Notes: generated by a model from the sequence alone, not told the origin. A stretch of 63,653 nucleotides of DNA, filler included, from Choristocarpus tenellus KU-1152 (GCA_964200185.2; 10 parts of 10 records of this genome joined end to end with filler, not necessarily neighbours in it); one strand, 5' to 3'. Numbered from the whole stretch's first letter, positions 13,232-26,590 are shown. Translations and numbers: made by a program.

Positions 13232-13508
13232 AAAAAAGAATGGTGAAAAAAAAGAAGCACGTATTCTGGAGGGCATTGTGGCGGGCATCGCGAATATGCT
13301 TTTATATTTTAAATCCAATGTCTACATCAAAAGTGATGACGGGACAACCCCAGCCTGAAGCGTAAGGTATGAAAGAAAAAAATGGCGAAAAAACGAAGCT
13401 CGTATTCTGGAGGGCATTGTGGCGGGCATCACGAATATGCTTTTTATTTTTTCAATCCAATGTCTACATCAAAAGTTATAACTAGACAACCTCAGACGCA
13501 CAAGGTAT
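13232..13508. repeat. Tandem duplication, ~143-bp unit x2
   Basis: CGTATTCTGGAGGGCATTGTGGCGGGCATC...AATCCAATGTCTACATCAAAAGT...AAGGTAT occurs twice in direct orientation. Confidence 0.9.
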
Positions 13509-13600
13509 TGTTATTGTATTGGTATTGGTATCACTATTTTTTATTGTAGTGCTCCTGTGTCATGATACGACCGTATATATAAGACAAACAAATATAATAA

Positions 13601-13672
13601 CTCCCTCGCCGGGAGTCGAACCCGGGTCTCCTGAGTGAGAGTCAGATATCCTAACCGTTGGACTACGAGGGA
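13601..13672 (-). tRNA. tRNA-Glu (anticodon CTC), intronless
   Basis: Reverse complement TCCCTCG-TAGTCCAACGGTTAGGATA-TCTGA-CTCTCAC-TCAGG-AGAC-CCGGG-TTCGACT-CCCGG-CGAGGGA-G gives a full cloverleaf with A and B boxes; no encoded CCA. Confidence 0.95.
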
Positions 13673-13859
13673 AATCATGTTCCTTCTACAAGATTACACA
13701 TTCATTAACCTCGTTAGATATCTTCATTATTTCAAGGCAAAGTCCGTTTTTTTCTTCGCAATCCTTCCCATTTTGCCTCTGTAAGGATTCATCTTAGCCT
13801 AATACGATCCCAAGTTACCTTCTTATCTCAATATGATATTTTTTACTTACTTGCTACTG

Positions 13860-14989
13860 TTGAACGTACGAATCGAAACACCTGTGGTAGGTGATCCTCA
13901 TCTGACAGGATTTTCAGGTCAGCACTTCGATTTTACTGGTGAGAGTGGTTGTTGGTGCAACCTGGTTACTGATAGAGAGGTTACAATCGACATGCGAGTG
14001 ACTGCTCCAGTACCAGGTCTTCCGATCATCACATTCAGACCCAAAGTATCTGGGGGGGAAGGGGGGGGTCTACACCAGGTTGTCCATTTGGTCCATAACC
14101 AGTTAAGTGCACTTACATTATCCATCCGATGCATGCAACCAAATCACACAAAAATTGCGACATAAAAAATTGGTCCAAAATGGACAGCTGCCACCCCCCC
14201 CCCCACAGATACTTTGAGCCACATGACAGGACCAGACATTCTCACCCCTGACTTGGAGGGTAAGATTCACACCATTGAGATCATGGTTAAGGACACCGAC
14301 AGGAAGGAATCCTCACGCACTTCTCATAAGGTACCTTGCATCGCTGATGGTACTCTTACTGTTCATCTGAACAACATGGAAGTGACAGCTCCCGCCCAGC
14401 ACCCTGTAGGCATGGGTGTATATGTTTCTGTGGCAAATCTTTCTGGGGAAGTGTAGATCATTTAGGTTTGAAAACTACTGGCAGAGAAAAGTGCTAGAGG
14501 GGGAGGCAATACATCATAATAAGGCGTCAAGCCGGAACCTACGGTCTGTAGTGGACACATGGATGACTGGATTCTCCGTGACTTCACCAAAAACAATCCT
14601 GATGAGTGCAAGTCATACGTCAAAAATGCTGTACAGTAAGGCACACGTTTAATTCATCACCAGTCAGAACATGCGTCGTTCCGAATTGTTACTCCCATGT
14701 TGATGTGGCGCTTAACCATGGCAAACTTCACCAGTTAGCAATGCCAGACCCTTCAGGATGTTTTGACCTCCCAGATCACCTCACGTACCACCTAAATCTA
14801 GAGTTTGTGGATGCGGACTTCGGGCCCGTTCCAAAAGACATTTTGGGTGAGACTACTGTGGTGAACCTGGCCGAGAACGGAACTCCCATCCTAGAAGGAA
14901 TAGGGGTTATCCGTGGCACAGAAGAGGACGGCCGAGTGCAGGGTGCCCTAGAGGCAGAATTTGAGGGATTTCATGTGTACCACTCGTGA
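13860..14989 (+). pseudogene. Apparently intronless pseudogene of a VWD/root-cap-like algal protein family, interrupted by MITE C
   Basis: VVGDPHLTGFSGQHFDFTGE...MRVTAPVP motif; removing the MITE plus 3 bp restores the frame (IITF-MTGPDILT...); later frameshifts split it over ORFs 14214, 14416 and 14606. Confidence 0.65.
14038..14220 (+). mobile_element. MITE family C (~180 bp)
   Basis: GACCCAAAGTATCTG(G)n ... (C)nACAGATACTTTGAGCC; flanks TCA/ACA. Confidence 0.9.
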
Positions 14990-15341
14990 GGTATCATTTT
15001 CCCGATCGTCCTACAGAGGTATTGATTGAAGATCAAAATTCGGTTGTTTGTCCCACAGATATTGCTTACGAAAGAAGTGAGAGATAGGGTTGGGGTACGC
15101 TGGACATTCATTGAGAACCTCAGAGTATCATGTGATCGATCCGCATTGTTGTTGATTGTGATTAGTCAGAGCAGAAAACATGATCCCTCGTCTTTCCTAG
15201 TTTGAATTCATCATCTCAAAGATACCGCGAGCGAGTCGTGCGTCTGACTCACACCACATCACCTTCACCAGCCTCTATACCAACAGTTGGCGCGCGAAAT
15301 GAATGTCACTACCTCACTACATCGTTGTCTTGTATATATAT

Positions 15342-15797
15342 GCGGTGGAAAGTTTTGGGCGTCTCGACAAGCAAGGGGAAAGGTTTCTGGATGAGCTAGC
15401 TACACACGTGGTAGGGGGGAGAGGGACAGGAGGCTAAAATAGAAAAGGGGGCTGTCAGAACCCGTCTACGACAGATAGTCTCTGTAACAACGCAAGTAGC
15501 CCTATCTAGACGTGTCATCCGTTTAAAGCTGGAGACACCAGGGAGATGGGCAGAAGGACCTTGTTAGATTCTTGGGATGCTTCCCTAGCTCCTCACCCCG
15601 GGGTGAAGGACTAAGCTAGGTGTTGGATGCACAGGAAGTCAGTGATGCACCATAGCTGGTAGTAAAATTAGTAAATAGATTAGCGTATTTCACATTTGCG
15701 ACAATTGTTACTTTTTTAGGGGGGTTTCTGGCATATGAATAGTATTCACTATTTTTTCACCTGACACATCTCCAAAATGTTAGAGGGCATAATAATA
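15342..15797 (+). mobile_element. CRE-like non-LTR retrotransposon, 5'-truncated (RLE C-terminus, 3' UTR, AAT tail)
   Basis: Translates AVESFGRLDKQGERFLDELATHVVGG...LRQIVSVTTQVALSRRV, typical of the end of an RLE domain; the 3' UTR matches the reverse complement of 48385-48620. Confidence 0.8.
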
Positions 15798-15845
15798 TGT
15801 AATATTATATTTATGATCATATTTTATTTGACATTTTATTATAGA

Positions 15846-16042
15846 TTATTATGCCCTCTGACATTTTGCAGATATGTCAGGGGAAAAAACAATGAAAAGC
15901 CAATTCGATATGATAAGGACCCCTGTAAAAGTAACAGTTGTCCTAAGTGTTAAAGGTATTTTTCTATCATCTATTTACTTATTTGAGTGCCACCTATCTA
16001 TGCTACGCCACTTACCTGCTATTCCATTCAAACTAGCTTAGC
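15846..16042 (-). mobile_element. CRE-like LINE 3' tail, tail-to-tail with the previous copy
   Basis: TTATTATGCCCTCTGACATTTTGCAGATATGTCAGGGGAAAA is the reverse complement of the family 3' end. Confidence 0.75.
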
Positions 16043-16571
16043 GGGCTCCCTACACCACAGTTACCTTGTATGAATGTTGTGGTAGTAAATACCTTAACCA
16101 TCTCTGCATATCTACTATACGGATATCTCCAAACTATCTCCAACATAAAAAATACTATTCATACATGTAGAGAAATGCAACACAACACACACACAAAACC
16201 CCACCCTGAAATCTGGTCACTCGCATTTTGCGATCTGCACATTTCCAGATGCGTATTTTCGACTTCAGGAAGGACTGTATCAGCAATAATACCATCAACC
16301 ACATACTCAGTGTATATTTGAATAAATAGACCAGAAAATAATATATAAACTCCTAAACGGACTATGAACAAAATATATATAATGGAAATATTGTACACCT
16401 CTACACCTAACTAACCTCTACATTATTTTATCATGCCCTCTCGTATGTCAACATTTCTACCTTCAGTACCAAAACAAAAATCAATCATAAAAGAACACAT
16501 TTCAATAACTAAGTCGGACAGTAACGATTCGTCGGTATTTTATGGTTTGTGTGTATCTTCAACCATTTATT

Positions 16572-16888
16572 TTATTACTATGCCCTCTGACATTTTCCAG
16601 ATGTAGCAGGGGAAAAACTAATGAAAACTATTCACATGTCTAAAAATCCCTAAGGAAGTAACAGTTGTCACAAAAATGATAAACGTTATCTATTTCCTAC
16701 TTTACTACTACATATTATCTATGTTATACTACTACCTTCCGATGTCTCAAACATCATATTCCTGCAACCCACTGGGAGGAGGAGGTAAGGAAGGACATTT
16801 ATCCTGTAAGAATGATTGGTCTGTCCGTTCATTGTTTTTTCCCCTCACACACATGATTGGAAAATGTCACAGGGCAAAATAATAATAT
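16572..16888. mobile_element. Two further CRE-like LINE tails (~16572-16740 on minus; ~16830-16888 on plus)
   Basis: TATGCCCTCTGACATTTTCCAGATGTAGCAGGGGAAAAA and TTTTCCCCTCACAC...AAAATGTCACAGGGCAAAATAATAAT. Confidence 0.65.
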
Positions 16889-17622
16889 ATATATAGGTAC
16901 CATACGATTTACATAATCACAATGATATTACTCACAAACATGAATATTATTATGGTCCTCACCTCATATTGAATTATTGAAATACATGCACTAAAATATA
17001 TTAAACTAATTATAGCATTCAACTACAAAAATCATTACATACAATATCACGTTGATATATGTACAACCGACAATACAACTTCATTCACTTGATACAATAT
17101 AACTACCTGCCCCAATTGAGCAACGCTTCCCCATCACCGTTCTTGGGGCATCCAGGATACGGATATCAACGATGCCTGGTTGTGGGCTGAGACAGCTATG
17201 GTGCTGGAAGGGTCGGGGGACTGGACCACACAACGCGCGAAGCTCGGGCTTAGGTCGGAGGCAACGCAACAGAGAAGCGATGGTGAGTCCATCCTCAATC
17301 CTCTACTCACGGATACGGAGCACCCCGTGAACCTCATCTAATATCAGATCGGGTTCGTCTTCTTGTAAAATATATGGTTCATTGTTTGGTAGTATTATAC
17401 TGGTCGAAGTAGTCCCAGCTCTCTCAAGATCGCTGAAGTTTCCAAGGAAAGTGGAGGATCAAGATTAAGATTCGCTACGGGTAAGTCCCCGTTTCGATGG
17501 AGGGTCCATTGGTTACCCATACTCACGGCTTGAAAGTGGTGGCTCACTGCGACTAGTCCTTCCTGTGATTCATGTGCCTCGCACCTGTGCTGTGTTTCGC
17601 GTAATGATTGCTTCCATTGAAG

Positions 17623-19967
17623 GTAAAGATCGACGAACTTGAGGCACATGTGGATGCGCTATCGCAAGCGGCAGACAGAGGGAAGAGAAAGGCCATTTGG
17701 GAGGCGGCTGCTTCGGTGGCCAGGGAGAAGAGTTTGGTCGCAGAGATCAAGGCCCAAGCGGCCGTGGAACAAAATATCATTAGCCTTGATCACGAAACCG
17801 AGATGGCTCGTTTGAAGGAAAGAATCTGTAGAATGGATTTACAATTAAACGAGACCAAGGTCGAAGCAGCCGAGGAAAAAGACATGTTGCGGGCCGATCA
17901 CGGAATGCAGATCGCTCTTATGCGAAGAAGAATGAGCAGAATGGAGAGAATCCACAACGAGTCCGTTGAGGACCTTGAGGAAAAGCTCAGTGTAGCCAAA
18001 GAGGTAATGGCACTTTCCACTCCCGTATATCCTCCTGGCGTCAATGCGCACGAACACATTGTGTTACTGACCGGTTTGTGCATAGAAGGTTGATAGGCCC
18101 TCTCTATAGGACCTGGATTGCTTTGTTCCACCCCCCACCCCTGCTTTCGTGGTAGCATCAGTGCCGCACCCCATCACTGTGAGTATAGCACTGGGGGTTG
18201 GAAGTATAGATTGCCAGTGATGCGTTCTTTTGCACTGGAATCCTGTACTAGATAGTATCCTCCATAGGTGACTTACGGGATTACGGACCTGAATGTATAC
18301 TACAAATGGAGTATGTATTTACTAGAAGAGTCCTTGTTCCACTGTCCAGGACATCGATAAGGCCGAGGATAATGTCGTAGAGATCTCCGAGCTGCTTGAC
18401 CTCTCTAGGAGAGAAACTCTCAATCTGGAGAGGGTGGTCAAGGAAAAGGATGCATTGCTGGATATATACAAAACGGATTTTCAGGTGTGTTGATTAAGTA
18501 ATATGATGAGATATTCATCAACTATGTCTTGTGTTGCCTGTTGCCCCCCCTCCATTAGGAACTCAACATGAGGTTAGCAGAAGGCAATGCGCCTACGGCA
18601 TATGGTGTACTCTATGGAGCTGATGCCTAACCTTTGCTTTGTAATAGTTCTGCAATTGAGTAAAATTTATGATCTCCAAGCTGAAGAAAACCATGGTGGT
18701 ACTGTTTGTGTGCCCTCAACTTAGTGTCCTCACCTACATGCTACTGATAATCATCTGCACTTTCTCTGTTGGATTGGCAGAGAGCGCTTCAAGCATTTGA
18801 GGACATCAAACTTGTCTTCAGGACGGAGTATGATGCTATCGAGGATCGCTGCGCAGAGTTGAAAGCAATGCAAGCTGAAAAGGCAGAGCAGCTTCAGAGA
18901 GCTGAGGAACGCAATAAGGAGCTGATGGTGAGATTGGTGGCATATCATTTGATCTTTAATTATCTAGATTAGACATTCCCAGATTACATTCTGAACTATT
19001 ATTTGAAATGTAACAACAATCAGGTCATTGGTTTGAGTAGGATGTATATCTATCGAGACAGCAAGTGGAATAAGGCATGTGTCCTCTTGTTTGTCTTGTA
19101 CCAAACCAAATACTACTGAAGAGTATGATATAGGTACAACAGTATGCACTGAGTGCCTTCTTTCTTCTCTGCTTCTAGTAACAAGTGTATCCCTTCCCTT
19201 CTCCGCTCTTGTGATGGTTTTGAGCTGAGGAGGCACACAAGACAATAATCTCGTGTAAATGAACAACAACACATTTGCAAACTCATCGAGTGACTCTTTT
19301 GCTCCCCTCATCCCTCTCCATCTCCTACCTTCTTCTCTATCCTATTGCCAGAAAGCGTTGGAAGATCGAATACCAGAGGTCTGTGGTCCAGAACTCCCCG
19401 GGTGAGTGTTGCCCCAAGGTCAATTATCATCTCATAGATTGTACTTTGTGTGGTGCTGGGTTCTCTAGACCACTAAAACATCACTGTAAGCCCTGACATC
19501 GTCTTGTTCCCCTGCCCACTGCCGTGTCGCATGCGCTTCCTGCTCTGTCTTGCCCCGTGCTCATTATTGTCGGCCCTTTCAGGTCAAACGGTCAATACTA
19601 CCACTACCCACCAGGGTACAGGTCAAAGACACCACCCACCACTACCCGTAACAACGGCGAGACCTTCACGGAGGGTGTGATTGCATGCCAAAACACAACA
19701 TTTTCCACAGGCAATACCACTGCAGCATCTGGGTTCGTGTTCACTGCTGGCTCATCTACACAATCCTCCTTTCCCACAGCCAGGTCCAACATGGCATCTT
19801 CCGACTTCAGCTTTGATTTTGGGGTGTCCGAATCCAAGAACTCAGAATTCTCCACAGCCAAGGCTACTGAATCCGTTTTCACCTTCAATTTTAAGGTGCC
19901 CAATTCCACCCTGAAGAACCCCTTCCCCAATGTGAGCAAGGCTCCTTCCACGTTTGCATTGAACTGA
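17623..19967 (+). CDS. Multi-exon coiled-coil protein with a Ser/Thr- and FxF-rich C-terminal exon (5' part unresolved)
   Basis: GT-AG exons 17623-18003, 18350-18484, 18781-18927, 19352-19401 and 19583-19967 join with compatible phases; heptad-like E/K/L/A-rich sequence, then GFVF, DFSFDFG, VFTFNF. Confidence 0.7.
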
Positions 19968-22900
19968 GGTGCCAGTGAGCACAAAGCAGAGGATCAACCC
20001 CTTCATGATGATCAAGCCAGCTGCAGCTGAATTGGTCTAGGTGTTGTGCAGGGATGAGTGCTGGGTGTCTCTCAGTCTGCCCCAGTGGCTTCTAATTATT
20101 GACGCCGGTTTCCAACACCTGCACACCACAAGGAACTTGTCTACGCTGCCAACGTTTTGCTGTTGAATTCCATGCGTTGAATATATTCGATGGAATGAGA
20201 GTTCTTTGTATTGGGGTAGCCTAAGAAGAGATTCGGGTGTGTTGAAGAGGTCTTGCAAAGACAATGAAGTGAAGAGAGTTCCACAGATATTTGGGGTTTG
20301 GAGATTGTGCTTCAATTTTCTCTTGAGGTAGCGTTTGGAGTCAGAGTGCATACCATGACCTGTGAATGGAAAAGAGAGATGTGTGTTGATGTGTATTGTA
20401 CAGCAAAAGTACTTCCCATATCATGGCGTCAAATTGAAGTATGTTAACAAGTATTTATGTTACATGCTACACTATGTTAGCATGTGAATGGTTGTTGCTT
20501 GGGTTAGTGGCAATCTGGAGAAAGAAGGGAATGTATTGCACAGCGGGTTCTGTTTGCAACAGTCTCTTGTTTGCGAACAAGGACTATTTGCTCTCGTCGA
20601 TATTAATGGTTGGCAGTAACTTGTGGGTGTGTGACTGAGTGAGGTGAATAGTGTGTTTCATTTGTAGATGTGGTGGGTGTAACTGCTGTATGCACTCCCA
20701 AATGGTTTGTCTTGGTCTCATTGGTAGCACAAGGTCCTCATGGAGGAATGTCGTCATTCTTGATAGACAATATTTCTCTGTGCTCCTATGATGCAGAAGG
20801 TGCTTGTGATGTCACAGAAGTGTGCTCGATGAGTGTCGCCACAAGTCACATATCTCGACTTTGTAGGAGCTTAAATCGTCCGTCTCATATGGCTCTTGAA
20901 TACTGTCGACAGTACTTGAATTGAATTGTGTCATTGTTGGCAAATGCCTTGTGTGTCGTGCTTGAGTAAGGTAAAAGGAGTGTGATTTGCTGCAGTCTAC
21001 TTGACTGTTTAATGCGTGCTGCTGCTTGTGCACAACACGCTGTTGGCCCCCATCACAGCTCTACCTATTTGTGTCCTCATAGGCATAGCAATGGGCTATG
21101 CATTGACATCAGTTGAGGTAAAAGGAGACAATGGTCCTTTTGTCATATTGGTCTTGTCGTTGAGTCAGTCTCGTGGGTGCACTGAAGATATTCTGGCTTG
21201 GAGGTACACACTCACTCTCGAGTATGTTCTTAGGGATTGGAACTACTTTCACAGTTGAACTGAGCATATTGAAGTTTGTCTCTATGTTTGCATACATTGC
21301 CAAGGAGAGCCATTGTGTACTCACACGGGTTTTGTTAGCAGTATCTGCTCTATTCACGGAGTTTGTTTTGATTTTGTGTTATTGTTTGGTTGTGTGCTCC
21401 GCCATGTCTGTTGTGCACCCCATCACCCCTGCAGCCCTGCAGCCCAAATATGTATTTTATGTGAGGATTAGTATAGTGTAGCTGCTCCTCTGCCTAGAAT
21501 TAGATGGAATACGCGGTGTGCATTGTCCATCTATTACCGTGCATGCTCTATCCTTTTGGGGAACAATCGTGTTTAATTTGTGTAGAACGGCATAAAAACT
21601 TACATAAAGTTTCGATATTCTGCCTTTTAACATAAAATCCTTGTGATAATATACCAACTATATCTTTAGCATACTCGAAAGAGAAAACATGGCACATCCT
21701 CGTGTTCAGTTCAAATATCCTCTACACTATTAAATGATTCACCTCCAGCACACTTATTGGCTGAGACATTCTCATCTTCCGTACCTTAAGGTACTTGACA
21801 TAACTATTTTCCAAGCCTTGGCACAACAATGCAAAGGCGTACTGCGGTACTAATGAGTACGGTATTTGTTCGATTTTTTTCTGTGCTGTGATATGCCGTA
21901 GGACCTTGGCCATGGCAATCGCTATTGTACCGTAGCTTGGGAATGCTAGAATTAAGTACCGTTGCTGAAAAGTTCAATAGTAATACATTATTTTATTTGT
22001 GCCCACTTAGATTTTCCAGCTCGTCATGGGAGGGATAATTCTTAGACCAGAGAACAAAGTTGGAAGTTATTACTACACTAGCTTATACAAAAATTATTTT
22101 CCCAAAAATTCTCAAAAATAGTACATAAATTTTCATAGTGTCGTGTGTTTGAAGTTGGAGACAACATGCTGGTTGGCTAGGAAGGGTCTCACATATTCTT
22201 GGGATTCTTCCCTACTAGAGTCTCAACCACCTTTGTACGGCTCTAAACTAGACACATAGCAGTGTGAACATAGTTTCGTAGGGAACAATCCCTCAAGTAA
22301 CTCTAGTATATACTCCAATTTATTTTTTAGGGCTTTTTTTTTATATTGTAGATTGGAAATGACAACTATTGTCACAGGAGTTCTCGAGTAGTTTCAGTTT
22401 TCTAGTTTATTTTGATCTTTGTCTTGTCCCTCCCCTTACACCTCCACAGTATGTCAGTAGGCACATCATCATATATATACTTTCTCCTTAATGCATGTAC
22501 ATATTACAGTATTCAATAGGAATTGCAACTGTCCCTGTACCATGAAAATGCTAGAAATACTATGGAAATCAAGGAGAAAAACCGTACCATACCATGCAGA
22601 AACAGGACTCATTGTACAAATACCGTGTCATACTCCTCAAATTTGTTATCGCATGGGTGGATGTATTGCACTTATTGTTTAAATTAAAGTATAGATGAAT
22701 GAACTATATGTATGGAGATATGTGTCGAGCAGACAAGTTCTGTGTGATTGGGGGTGATGAAAACCGCCAGAGATGAGGTTCGGGTAAGAACTGAGAGATG
22801 GGGCTGAGGCATGCTGGGCATGCGTTGAGATTCTCAGAGTAGCAGCTTGGTCAATCCCCACTTTCATTGATTGCAACAAGTCCAAATACAAAACGCAATC

Positions 22901-23879
22901 CACGGGTTTGCTGGTTTGAATGCACCGTTCGTGTCAAGGGTACAGTGACCTGGTCATGCATCTGACCCACACCATATCGCCTTGGCTGATCCGAACAGGA
23001 AAAAGTGGTGTGCATGATGAACATCACTGCGCACGGTGTCTAATATCAATCTGTCCGAGGTCCCTAATGGGACCTGTTCCTGACATTACGCACCCCTCTG
23101 TGAGAATGCTATCCAACACAAACTCGTAAGTGGCTGGCCAGCACTTCATGTCGGACAAGTCCTTGGGAGGATATCTCTTAGTTGTTGAATCAACTCAGTG
23201 AAACAGGTGGAGCACTAGCGGTAATCAGCCCTAGTGATCACAATCTAGTCTAGAGTATGAACTGAAAACCTGTGTTCACAGGTGGAAAGCGTAGCGAGAA
23301 AAATGACACGGACATGCGTGTTTCCTACATACCCCCAAGCATCTGAGTGGATGAATCTCAGTATCACCACGGCTTTAGTATCATTGACTCATCCGTTGGG
23401 ATTGTCGTAGGGATAGTGTCAAGAGTGATTGGAAACATCATCATCTCTTACTGTCACCTGGTCCAACATGCTGCCAACCAAATTGGTTTCGAAACCAGAG
23501 GATATTTCCTGGACTCAAAATATGTAGATATTTGAAAAATGTAAACGGTATACTTGCTTTTTCACAGGAAAGATCAACCTGCGTATAGTTCTCCGTATCA
23601 GGAACTACGTCTCTACCCCATGAGCCTGGGAGGCTGGATAGATAGGCTCAAAGATACCACCTGAACTGTGCCGTTGTACGGCCTTCAAGAAATTGTCGGG
23701 GTCTCTTCTACCATATTGGAATTGAAAAAGAAATATCCTCACTTCGATGGCAACTCATCAGGCCAGCAACCACTAGTACAGAGGAAATCATCGCATGTAC
23801 TGATCTACAAGGAGGTTTGATAAACATTTGGAGGTAGAGTTGCTTGTTGGTGGGAGTATGGTTGGCAGTAGATGAAGTT

Positions 23880-24850
23880 CTTCAACTGTTTTTAGGGCAG
23901 GGGCCTCTCTTCTATGGCTAGACGCTTGGTCAGTGGCTCTTACATTAGGGATGTCGAACTTGTTCGCTTCTCTATAGGCTGCGACCATATCTGCGCATTC
24001 AAGTATTTCAGCGGGCTTACACCACATATCACTAGTCGGTGAATATCCTTGAACGTGAACCTGGCTCAAAGTATCTCGGGGGGGGTGGCGGCTGTCCATT
24101 TGGGACCAATTGTTTCATGTCGCGATTTTTGGGTGATTTGGTTCCATGCGTCGAATGGACAATGAAAGTGCACGTTTCCTGGTTTTGGGTCAAATGGACA
24201 CCCTGGTGTAGACCTCCCCCCCCCCCAGATATTTTGGGTCGCCTTGTACATGTAATTGAGAGTCCCACACCTTGCTTGTGGTCAACAGTACCTCTACAGT
24301 GCATGACCCAACAGTTGGCTCTGTATCTGTCCCCTGGTCAAGATCTGGTTCAGGTAACACCCTTCCTAAGAAAACTGGAATCCATGCCAGGTTCAGTGAA
24401 TACACCTTTTCTAAGGGGTTTAGTTGGGTCACATGAACTGTCTCCTCATGTCGATCTACCAAGAATGTTTATGTGATATACATCAATACGTGCGCTCACT
24501 TCATAAGGTCCTCTCCATGCAGATAGAAATGTGGGGTTCGGTGCATCAACCTGATGCATGTGGTTTGTGAAGCCACACTATATTCTGTGGCTTAGGAGTT
24601 CATGATTTACAATGTCATATTTATTTCTCAACGACACCTCACCAATATTTTCCCGGGCAAGTTCCTATGCTAGCTGTATATTTTCCACTACTCGCTAACT
24701 GTGCTCAGGTACGCTTATGGGGGTGGCCTCAGGAGCCCCCAAGTAATATCAATTGGTAGAAATTGGGCACCTTCCAAATATTAGAAAATCTGGTGTTTCT
24801 TGAACAGTGTTATGTGCTAGCCGTATGAGGGGCAATAACGATATCTACTC
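23880..24850 (-). mobile_element. Degenerate chromodomain-bearing Gypsy pol remnant (integrase C-terminus plus chromodomain)
   Basis: LAHNTVQETPDFLIFGR, WRGPYEV (GPY/F motif) and DHK...YMYKVHVQGYSPTSDMWCKPAEILECADMVAAY once the MITE is removed; many frameshifts. Confidence 0.7.
24063..24240 (-). mobile_element. MITE family C inserted in the Gypsy chromodomain
   Basis: GGCTCAAAGTATCTC(G)n ... (C)nAGATATTTTGGGTC; flanks ACCT/GCCT. Confidence 0.9.
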
Positions 24851-25135
24851 AGATTGGTACATTTTAGAACACATGGCCAGCATACCATGCATTTTGGAAA
24901 TAATTATTTCGCTTTTGTGGTAACAATACACTTCGGGAACTCTGCCAGGAGTTTGTTCTTAATTGACCGATGTCTGGGGGGACTGTTGAGGGAGAGAAAG
25001 TCAATCGCAGTGGGTGGGAATTCTGAGTTGTAGTATCCTTTTCGGACCAACCAAACAACAAATACCAGAGTAGAAACAGCAAGGGTAAAGAGAGGTGTGG
25101 ATTTGTATCTCGAAGGCGTAAGCGCTCTCAGGTGA

Positions 25136-25326
25136 GGCTCAAAGTATCTGTGGGGGGGGGTGGCGGCTGTCCATTTGGGGCCAATTTTTTCATGTCTCGA
25201 TTTTTGCGTGATTTGATCCCATACGTCGGATAGATAATATAAGTGCACGTTTCCTGGTTACGGCCCAAATGGACACCCTGGTGTAGACTCCCCCCCCCCC
25301 CCTCCCCCCCCCAAATACTTTGTGTC
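25136..25326 (-). mobile_element. MITE family C with perfect TGA target-site duplication
   Basis: TGA|GGCTCAAAGTATCTG ... AAATACTTTGTGTC|TGA. Confidence 0.9.
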
Positions 25327-26078
25327 TGAGGTTGTCAGGCGTTGCCCTCCCCGGCATTTCCACTGCTCCCTCTTCTGATACTGATGCTGCAGGTATTGAC
25401 GAGGAAGCTTCTTTGGAGATGGGGAAGGTGAGAGACCCACCTGAGACTAAGATGTATATTTCTTGCTGTAATATACTTCCCCCGATATTTCTTGTTGGTA
25501 TTATTTCTATTTCAGGGTTGGGGGAGGCAATACAAGAAATATGATAACATTGCCACTGAAAGAACAAAAACAAATGCACTCGTCTTTTACCTGCTCAATA
25601 ATGAAAAACAATACTATAAACTGTATCAGAAGGCCTATACTGTGAGCAACACCGGACTCTGTCGTTGTCGTGCTTATCATATAAGCAGCCTTATATATTG
25701 CTTGCTGCTCCCTTTGTGGCACATTTGCAACATATCAGTGGGCATAACTATAGTTTGTAAACTACAAAATGGATGTGGGTTCCTATATAAATATTTCCCA
25801 TGTTTGTTATAATTACGAGTTATGAGGGGTAGGTCGGGAGTCTTTGTCGAGCCCTAAATCGCATACATACTATGTGATATCTTCAAATATCCTCAAGTCC
25901 AATAGCTTAGGGATACGTAAGTTTACTTTCACCCAGTGGTATATATAGGACGGGTGAGTATCCCTTGGGGATATTTGGCTTGGTTTGTACTTACAACCGT
26001 CAGTGACCACCAGTGTTTGCCTCTCAGTTTGCGCTCGTTTCTCCCAGCACGATTACATCCCTCTCAAAATTGTGTTGA

Positions 26079-26338
26079 GAGCCAATGTATCTTAGAGGGT
26101 AGAGCCGCGTCTATTTATTTTATCAAAATTCAATGTTGCGATTTTGATGTAATTTTGGCTATCGTGTTTATTTGGAAGTGTCAACATCCATGTTCTGGAT
26201 ACACCTTTTCATAATGCATACATGTTACCTACTCCGAAATATTTTGGAGTAGGTAAAATGTCATGAAAAAAACATGGGAAGCAAAGCCCCAAATGGACAA
26301 ACAGGGCAAAACTCGTACCCTCTAAGATACTTTCACTC
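26079..26338 (-). mobile_element. MITE family A
   Basis: GAGCCAATGTATCTTAGAGGGTAGAG ... TACCCTCTAAGATACTTTCACTC; flanks TGA/GGA. Confidence 0.9.
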
Positions 26339-26590
26339 GGAGTTTGTGGACAGCACACTAGGATCAATAGCTGTCACTCGACGAATTATTACTTTTTCTG
26401 CAACTCAAAATGGACCATATAAGGGTGTCGTTCAAGATTGGAAATGGAGGCATGGGCTTCATTTCGTCGGATCTTCTGACACGTGGAAACCATTGGTGTC
26501 GGGAGGTGGGGCATCTACGCTCTCGTCAACTCAATAGAACAGCCCAGTTGCGAGTGTGGTCTGCATTCCGTTCATTTTTCTCATTCATAT

